A DNA stretch of 63,842 nucleotides, filler included, from Deltaproteobacteria bacterium (GTDB lineage: Bacteria; JAUYMQ01), in NCBI GenBank assembly GCA_030698575.1. It is 9 parts of 9 records of this genome, joined end to end, with 100 filler letters (N's around TTAATTAATTAA, not from the genome) between each part and the next. Parts side by side here need not be neighbours in the genome. Positions count along the whole stretch, not along the records: positions 57,964 to 61,206 come from JAUYMQ010000082.1; positions 61,307 to 63,842 come from JAUYMQ010000312.1; 7 more parts are not named here. One strand, given 5' to 3'. This document shows, one piece after another, positions 58,028-63,842 of the stretch (positions are counted from its first letter, which is position 1; the number at the start of each line of letters is the position of its first letter). The notes below the pieces were generated by a model. The model saw only the letters and a program-made list of their open reading frames with translations, was not told the DNA's origin and made no database searches. A program made the position numbers and the translations under genes.

Positions 58028-59614
58028 TCATACGGGGACGATCGACAACTTGCGCCAAGGCCGTTCCAGCTTCTTGCGCCTCGCGCGGTGAAGCGCGCGG
58101 ATGAGCACACGGCGCGTGTCGCGGGGATCAATCACGTCGTCGATCATGCCGAGCTGCGCTGGAACGTATGGGTTGATCCCCTTGTTGATGCGGTCGACGA
58201 ACTGCTTCTTCATCTCATCCGCCTGATCTCCGGCCGCCTCCAGCATGCGCCGGCCGAAGATCGACACCATTCCCTCCGCTCCCATGACGCTGATCTCGGC
58301 GCCGGGCCAGGCCACCAGCAGATCGGGCTCGTAGGCCGCGCCGGCCATGCCGTAGTAGCCCGCGCCGTAGGCCTTGCGCACCACGACGGTGAGCTTCGGA
58401 ACAGTGGCGTTGGAAACCCGGTGCACCATCTTGGCTCCGTGGCGAATGATCCCCGCCTGTTCCGCCTTCGAACCGACCACGTAGCCGGGCACGTCCTGGA
58501 GAAACACGAGCGGGATGCCGAAGGCGTCGCAGATGTTCACGAAGCGGGCGGCCTTGTCCGAAGCGTTCACGTCGATCATGCCGCCGATGTGCATCGGGTT
58601 GTTCGCCAGCACGCCCACCGGGATGCCGTCGAGCCGGCAAAGCGCGGTGATGATGTTCCGGGCCCACCGCGGCTTGATCTCGAAGACGTCGCCGTCGTCC
58701 ACGATGGCGCGCACCACCTTCAGCATGTCATAGCCGCGGCGGGGGTTGTCCGGCACAATCGTGAGCAGGTTTTCCTCGCGCCGGTCCGCCGGATCCTTGC
58801 ACGGGACCACGGGGAGCGTGTCCTCGCAATGGCTCGGGAAAAACGAGAGGTACTTCCGGATCGCCAGCATGCAGGCAGGGTCGTCGGGCACCTCCAGATC
58901 GCCGCAGCCGGAGATCTCGCAGTGCACCTTCGATCCGCCCAGTTCCTCCTCGGTCACGTCCTCCCCCACCGCGGCGCGCACGAGATAGGGGCCGCCGAGG
59001 GCCATGCTGCTCTGCCCTTTCACCATGGGGACGAAGTCGGCCAGACCGGGGATGTAGGCAGTGCCCGCCGCGCCGGGCCCGACCATGGCGGCCACCTGCG
59101 GGATGACGCCGCTCATGACGCACTGCTCGCGAAAGAGGTAACCGGTGTCGGCAAACACGCTGGCGCCAAAGTCTTCGCTCTCCCCACTGCCGCCCCCCGC
59201 GACGCCGCCCCCCTCGGCCTGGATCCGCGCGCCGCCCGAATCGACGAGCCAGATGATCGGCATGCGCCCCTTGAGCACCATGTCGCGGAGCCGCGTGGCC
59301 TTCGTCTCGCCCACGCGCCCCATCGAGCCGCCGAAGACCGTGAAGTCATAGGCGATGACGCCCACGTGGCGGCCTTCTATGGTTCCGTAGCCGGCGATCA
59401 GGCCGTCAGCCGGGCTCTCCTCGGGCTTCGTGCCGGGCTGCTTGCCGAGGATGCCGAATTCCTCGAAGCTTCCGGCATCGAGCAGCAGATCGAGGCGCTC
59501 GCGCGCCGTGAGCTTCCCCCGGTCGTGCTGCCGCTTGATCCTCACCGGCCCGCCCATCTGGAGGGCTTTCTCCTTGCGGGGCAGCAGCTCGTCGGTCAAA
59601 TCCTTGAGTGACAT
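58028..59614 (-). CDS. Acyl-CoA carboxylase carboxyltransferase (beta) subunit
   Basis: GKLTARER, DFTVFGGS, DSGGARIQ, KAARF, DVPGY and RKAYGAG motifs. Confidence 0.95.
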   Translation of the reverse strand: MSLKDLTDELLPRKEKALQMGGPVRIKRQHDRGKLTARERLDLLLDAGSFEEFGILGKQPGTKPEESPADGLIAGYGTIEGRHVGVIAYDFTVFGGSMGRVGETKATRLRDMVLKGRMPIIWLVDSGGARIQAEGGGVAGGGSGESEDFGASVFADTGYLFREQCVMSGVIPQVAAMVGPGAAGTAYIPGLADFVPMVKGQSSMALGGPYLVRAAVGEDVTEEELGGSKVHCEISGCGDLEVPDDPACMLAIRKYLSFFPSHCEDTLPVVPCKDPADRREENLLTIVPDNPRRGYDMLKVVRAIVDDGDVFEIKPRWARNIITALCRLDGIPVGVLANNPMHIGGMIDVNASDKAARFVNICDAFGIPLVFLQDVPGYVVGSKAEQAGIIRHGAKMVHRVSNATVPKLTVVVRKAYGAGYYGMAGAAYEPDLLVAWPGAEISVMGAEGMVSIFGRRMLEAAGDQADEMKKQFVDRINKGINPYVPAQLGMIDDVIDPRDTRRVLIRALHRARRKKLERPWRKLSIVPV

Positions 59615-59876
59615 TGCAATAGGCTCCTTACGCGGGACGATCCGACGCCGGAGCTTCCGGCGCAGGATGTGACTTGGGTGCGTTTCTTATATGCTGTGTC
59701 CAGCGGCCTGTGCAAGCCGGGCCGCGGCGTTCAAGCGCCTCTGCGGAGCGTCGCCTTTCCGTCCCGGGCGGGCCCGTATCTTCCCATCGTCGACGGGCCG
59801 CTTCCTTCCCGTGCTCGGTGGGCCCGTGTCTTCCCGTCGTTTTCGTCACGAGAAACTGAGCGAGATCGGAGCCGGA

Positions 59877-61058
59877 ATGAAATCATCGTCAGCCGACGCC
59901 GCAGCTCTTCTCGAGCGCGTGGAACGCTTCGCGCGCGACGAGGTTGCGCCCACGGCGGCGGCTCGCGATCGCGAGGCGCGGTTCGACCGCGCGATCTGGC
60001 GCGGCCTGGCCGATACGGGCCTCCTCCGGGCCCTTCTCCCGGAGGCGCAGGGCGGCCTCGGACTCGGTTTCGAAGCCTTGAGCGGCGCCCTGCGCGCGCT
60101 GGCCGAGCAGGGCGGCGATCTCTCGCTCTGCGTGTCGCTCGCGCCGGCGCTTTCGATCATGAACCTGGTGATCGCCCGGCGCGGGACTGACGCGCAGAAA
60201 ACGCGCTTTCTTCCCCGGCTCGTCTCCGGCGAGTGGGTCCCGGCCGTGGCGTTTTCGGAGCTGCCGCACGGCGCGAACCCCAAGCACCTGGCCACGCGCG
60301 CCGAGCGCCATGGCGACACGTGGATCGTCGACGGGCTCAAGGCCTTCGTCACGAACGGCACCGAGGCCGATCTCTATCTCGTGATGGCAATCACGGAAGA
60401 AAAGGACGGGCGCATGGGGTTCAGCGCGTTCCTTGTCGAGCGGAGCGCGCCGGGCGTGGCCGTCGAGGAGCGCATGGCTATCGATTTTGTTCGCGCTGCG
60501 CCGCACGGGATCATCCGCTTCAAGGAGGTGCGCACTCCCGAGGAGAACCGTATCGGGCCGCTTCATGGCGCGCTTGCCATCTCCAGGAAGCTGCGCGAGG
60601 GCGAGGATGCGATCGGCGCATCGACGATAGCCGGCCACATGGCCCGCACGGTCGGCCTTGCCGCATCGCTTGCGGCCGGCGCGGTGGGCGCCGATCCCGA
60701 CCGCGCCGAGGCGCTGGGCGCCCTGCGGGCGCTGGCGGAGCAGGCCACGGCGCAGGCTGATCGGGTGGCGGCGCTCTGGCCGACGCGCATGGGTTCGGTG
60801 GAGCAACGGGGCTCGCGCGAGGACGAACGTTTCCTGGCGACGCTGCTGGCCGGGCGCGAGACGGCCCGCCTCTTTCACGAACGACTGGGGGCCCTGCTCC
60901 AGGATCTATCTCCGAAACCCGATAGTGATTTGGAGCGAGCGGTGCGCGATCTCTCGCTTTCCCGCATTGGCGGCGGCGCAGCGAAGCGCGAGATGGTGCG
61001 CCTGGGGCAGCGGCTGGCCGCCCGCGCGGGGACTGTCCCCCCGACCTCGCGCCGCTGA
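59877..61058 (+). CDS. Acyl-CoA dehydrogenase family protein (diverged C-terminus)
   Basis: GTDAQKTRFLP, AFSELPHGAN, GLKAFVTNG and ERAVRD motifs. Confidence 0.85.
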   Translation: MKSSSADAAALLERVERFARDEVAPTAAARDREARFDRAIWRGLADTGLLRALLPEAQGGLGLGFEALSGALRALAEQGGDLSLCVSLAPALSIMNLVIARRGTDAQKTRFLPRLVSGEWVPAVAFSELPHGANPKHLATRAERHGDTWIVDGLKAFVTNGTEADLYLVMAITEEKDGRMGFSAFLVERSAPGVAVEERMAIDFVRAAPHGIIRFKEVRTPEENRIGPLHGALAISRKLREGEDAIGASTIAGHMARTVGLAASLAAGAVGADPDRAEALGALRALAEQATAQADRVAALWPTRMGSVEQRGSREDERFLATLLAGRETARLFHERLGALLQDLSPKPDSDLERAVRDLSLSRIGGGAAKREMVRLGQRLAARAGTVPPTSRR

Positions 61059-61108
61059 ACCGAGCCACACCCGGGGGAGGGACTGTCCCCGCGCTCAGAA
61101 GGGAAACC

Positions 61109-61206
61109 ATGAGCAAGACGAGCCCAGAACTGATCCACACCCCCTTCGACACCGCCTACGTCTGGAACTACGAACCCCAGAAGGAAGAGCTGCGGCGCCT
61201 GTACGA
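61109..61206 (+). CDS. Start of a probable ferritin-like/diiron oxygenase protein, truncated
   Basis: MSKTS..YVWNYEPQKEELRRLY resembles the N-terminus of AurF-like proteins; AAGGGA RBS. Confidence 0.45.
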
Positions 61207-61308
61207 NNNNNNNNNNNNNNNNNNNNNNNNNNNNNNNNNNNNNNNNNNNNTTAATTAATTAANNNNNNNNNNNNNNNNNNNNNNNNNNNNNNNNNNNNNN
61301 NNNNNNCG

Positions 61309-61445
61309 ATGAAGCCCATTCTTGTCGGGATCGATGTCAGCGCCGATACGCTTTCCGTGGCCCTTGAACCCAGCAACGGGAAGGCGCAACTGGCCGCCTT
61401 CGAAAACAATCCCACGGGCTACCGCAAACTCTGCCGTCTGCTGCG
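61309..61445 (+). pseudogene. IS110-family transposase N-terminal fragment
   Basis: VGIDVSADTL..FENNPTGYRKL; similarity ends after about 46 codons. Confidence 0.75.
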
Positions 61446-61922
61446 TCACCGGGGCCTGTCGTTACCTCCACAAACTCCGTCTAGCCCCCTCCTCCCGCAA
61501 AGCCTTGCCCACATGCGCTGCTGCTTGGCCCACTCGGGTGTGGCCGCAAGGGGACGCAGGTCACGTTCCGAGATGGGCGTTCGGCCCTTCGTTGTGGGGG
61601 GGAGGCCGAGGATTGACTCCTGGATCTCGGGAGCAAGGTGCAAGAGGTTCATGATCTGCGTGACCCTGGAACGAGAAACGCCCGCCAGGCTCGCGAGGTC
61701 GGCGTGGTCCCTGATCTCCCCCGAGCGGAGGAGGCCCTCGAAGCGATGGGCCAGGGCGAGAAGACGGGCGACGCGAGGGACCGCTCCGGGGACGGCGGGC
61801 CGGAGATCTCCGCCCACCTTGAGGCGCTTACGACCGTTGCCCACGCGAGCGAAGTGGACCTGGCACTCAAGCCTCCATCCGCTGGCAGCGCGTTCCTCGG
61901 GGTAACCCACCTCCGTCTTCAT
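61446..61922 (-). CDS. Recombinase-associated HTH hypothetical protein
   Basis: VPRVARLLALAH..LAGVSRSRVTQIMNLLHLAPEIQE; ATGA-coupled to the recombinase. Confidence 0.8.
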   Translation of the reverse strand: MKTEVGYPEERAASGWRLECQVHFARVGNGRKRLKVGGDLRPAVPGAVPRVARLLALAHRFEGLLRSGEIRDHADLASLAGVSRSRVTQIMNLLHLAPEIQESILGLPPTTKGRTPISERDLRPLAATPEWAKQQRMWARLCGRRGLDGVCGGNDRPR

Positions 61923-63277
61923 GCCGGGGCCTCCTCCCCCGTAACGCCAAGTTCCTCGGTAAGCGCCTGGACGCCCCCGGGACGGATGGAGAGAGCGAGC
62001 GTTCCGCTGCGTCCGTCATACTCCACCCGCTCCAGCAGAAGGCGCACGATCCGCGCCTGCTCCCTTGAAAAGAGCGTCTCCCAGACCGGGTAAAGCACCG
62101 AGAAGGCTGACGCGAGGCGCCCCGCCTCGGTGCCTTCCACCCCCTCAGCCGCGAGGTCCGGAGCCTTGCCCATCGCCCGGAGGCGTTCCATGACAAACCG
62201 CTCGATCTCCCGCGCTGGGAGCGCTCCCGTAGGGCACTCGGCCCACCCCTGCTTCTGGGCCTTGAGGCAGACGTAGTAGCGGTATCGCCTCTGCCCCTTC
62301 ACCGTGTACGTGTGCACCATCGTCGTGCCGCAAGGGGAGCATCGGAGGAGCCCCGCGAGAAGCACCTCATGCTTCACGCGCACGGACCTTCTCCCGGTCA
62401 GGCCGTTGCCGCGCAGGACCTTCTGGACTTGCCTCCAAACGTCCCGATCCACGATCGCCGCATGCTCTCCCGCGTAGATCGTCCCCTTGTAGTTCACCTC
62501 ACCGAGGTAGATGACGTTCGTGAGAAGCGCAAAGAGATTTGTCTTGTCAAATGACCGCCCCTGGCGCTCGCGCCCTTTCTTCGTAGTCCACGACTTCGTC
62601 GTCCACGCCCGGCGTCGAAGCTCGGCCGCCGCGGCGATGAGCGACCGCTCCCGGAGGTAGAGGTCAAAGATCGCCTTCACCTGCTCTGCTTCCGTCTCGT
62701 TCAGGAGCAGCCGTCCGCCCTGGGGGTCGACGTCGTAGCCCAGCACCGGCATTCCACCCACCCACTTCCCCTTCCGACGCGCGGCCGACATCTTGTCCCG
62801 CGTGCGCTCGGCTATCATCTCCCGCTCGAACTGCGCGAACGAAAGCAGGATGTGCAGAACCAGCCGCCCCATCGAGGTCGCAGTGTTGAACTGCTGGGTC
62901 ACCGAGACGAAGGCGACCCGGTGGGCGTCGAGGATCTCCATGATCCGGGAGAAGTCCAGAAGGGCGCGGGAGAGACGGTCGACCTTATAGACGACGACGC
63001 AGCCCACTCTGCCGGCCCGGATGTCCCCGAGAAGCTGCCGCAGGCCCGGCCGCTCTATGTTCCCACCCGAGAAGCCCCCGTCGTCGTAGCGGGTGGGGAG
63101 GACCTCCCACCCTTCTCCGCGCTGGCTTCGGATGAACGCCTCGGCCGCCTCCCGCTGGGCATCCAGGGAATTGAAGTCCTGGTCCAGGCCCTCGTCGGTC
63201 GACTTGCGGGTGTAGATGGCGCACCAGACGGACGAGGGCTTCTGCGCCGACCCCCTCCCATTGCCATTCTTCTTCAT
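61919..63277 (-). CDS. Large serine recombinase (resolvase + recombinase + Zn-ribbon domains)
   Basis: CAIYTRKST catalytic Ser, YDDGGFSGG, YKVDRLSR, FAQFERE, GGMPVLGY and LAGLLRC..C..YYVC..C. Confidence 0.95.
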   Translation of the reverse strand: MKKNGNGRGSAQKPSSVWCAIYTRKSTDEGLDQDFNSLDAQREAAEAFIRSQRGEGWEVLPTRYDDGGFSGGNIERPGLRQLLGDIRAGRVGCVVVYKVDRLSRALLDFSRIMEILDAHRVAFVSVTQQFNTATSMGRLVLHILLSFAQFEREMIAERTRDKMSAARRKGKWVGGMPVLGYDVDPQGGRLLLNETEAEQVKAIFDLYLRERSLIAAAAELRRRAWTTKSWTTKKGRERQGRSFDKTNLFALLTNVIYLGEVNYKGTIYAGEHAAIVDRDVWRQVQKVLRGNGLTGRRSVRVKHEVLLAGLLRCSPCGTTMVHTYTVKGQRRYRYYVCLKAQKQGWAECPTGALPAREIERFVMERLRAMGKAPDLAAEGVEGTEAGRLASAFSVLYPVWETLFSREQARIVRLLLERVEYDGRSGTLALSIRPGGVQALTEELGVTGEEAPA

Positions 63278-63750
63278 GAACCGGCGTCTCCCTTCAAGGC
63301 AGCTCGGCCGTGCGTCAGGCCGAAGAACTGGAAGCCGTTCCAGTGGGCGCCGGTGACCTCGCGAGTCACCGCCGTGAGCGACCGGTACACGCGCCTCTCG
63401 TACTCGAAGCCGTGACCGAGAACCGTGACGCGGATCGTACTTCCCCGGTACGCGCGGGTGAGCAGCGTCCCCGGCGCGGGCAGCCGGGCGTCTCGTTGCC
63501 TTGGCAGGGCGGGGGGCGGATCGCAGGCGGGGAGGGGATCCTCCTCGAAAGCCCCACGTGGCGGACGGACACGCACGTCCGCGTCGTTGGCCAGCTCGGC
63601 CGCCCTCCGGCGGGCCCGCTCCGAAAGGTCGCCCTCGTCACTGGCCTGGATGCGCCAGGCGATCCGCCGCCAGAGGAACGTCTTGTTCCGAGAGCGCGGC
63701 TCCTCGCCGAAGACCTCCCGGTACTTCGCCCGCAGCTCAGACACGCTCAT
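63274..63750 (-). CDS. DUF2924 protein
   Basis: RRIAWRIQA..G.LS, LPAPGTLLTRAY, SLTAV..VTGAHWNGFQFFGL. Confidence 0.88.
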   Translation of the reverse strand: MSVSELRAKYREVFGEEPRSRNKTFLWRRIAWRIQASDEGDLSERARRRAAELANDADVRVRPPRGAFEEDPLPACDPPPALPRQRDARLPAPGTLLTRAYRGSTIRVTVLGHGFEYERRVYRSLTAVTREVTGAHWNGFQFFGLTHGRAALKGDAGS

Positions 63751-63842
63751 GGCCTGGAGCTCCCGGATGCGGCACGCCTTTGTGGGTTTCTTGGAAACCT
63801 CCTCGTGTGTGGGGGCCGTTTGCGAGCGTTGATCCGAGCTCC

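Overview
The window is not contiguous. It holds nine GC-rich contigs joined by 100-nt artificial linkers (N44-TTAATTAATTAA-N44), most likely a metagenome bin of a Deltaproteobacteria/Myxococcota-like organism (inference from gene types). Contig 1 (1-12518): a MetB-family enzyme and type II secretion genes gspD(3')EFGHIJKLM; gspG has an in-frame TAG and the secretin carries a C-terminal SPOR domain. Contig 2 (12619-17326): phage-like; a large polyvalent (ART-PolyVal + LPD38) protein whose modules are separated by a repeated [Q/S][L/M/F]SPK linker, followed by a self-contained promoter-RBS-7-codon minigene-terminator unit. Contig 3: lipid-metabolism genes, gltX, tRNA-Gln and tRNA-Glu. Contig 4: GST, egtD and a Tat-lipoprotein carotenoid oxygenase. 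Contig 5: degP, mreB, mgtE, pdaD, dksA, lon, hsp20, dnaJ, a PilZ gene, gspC and gspD(5'). Contig 6: a nest of IS21 and IS481-like elements and MITEs alternating with co-oriented cargo genes. Contig 7: PBP1A, a triply deleted mscS, a PD-(D/E)XK nuclease/Dam pair, moaA and ychF. Contig 8: acyl-CoA carboxylase and dehydrogenase. Contig 9: a DUF2924/large serine recombinase module. Five internal deletions on three contigs each appear to have collapsed at a 7-13 bp microhomology. All family assignments are by eye from motifs; no searches were run.
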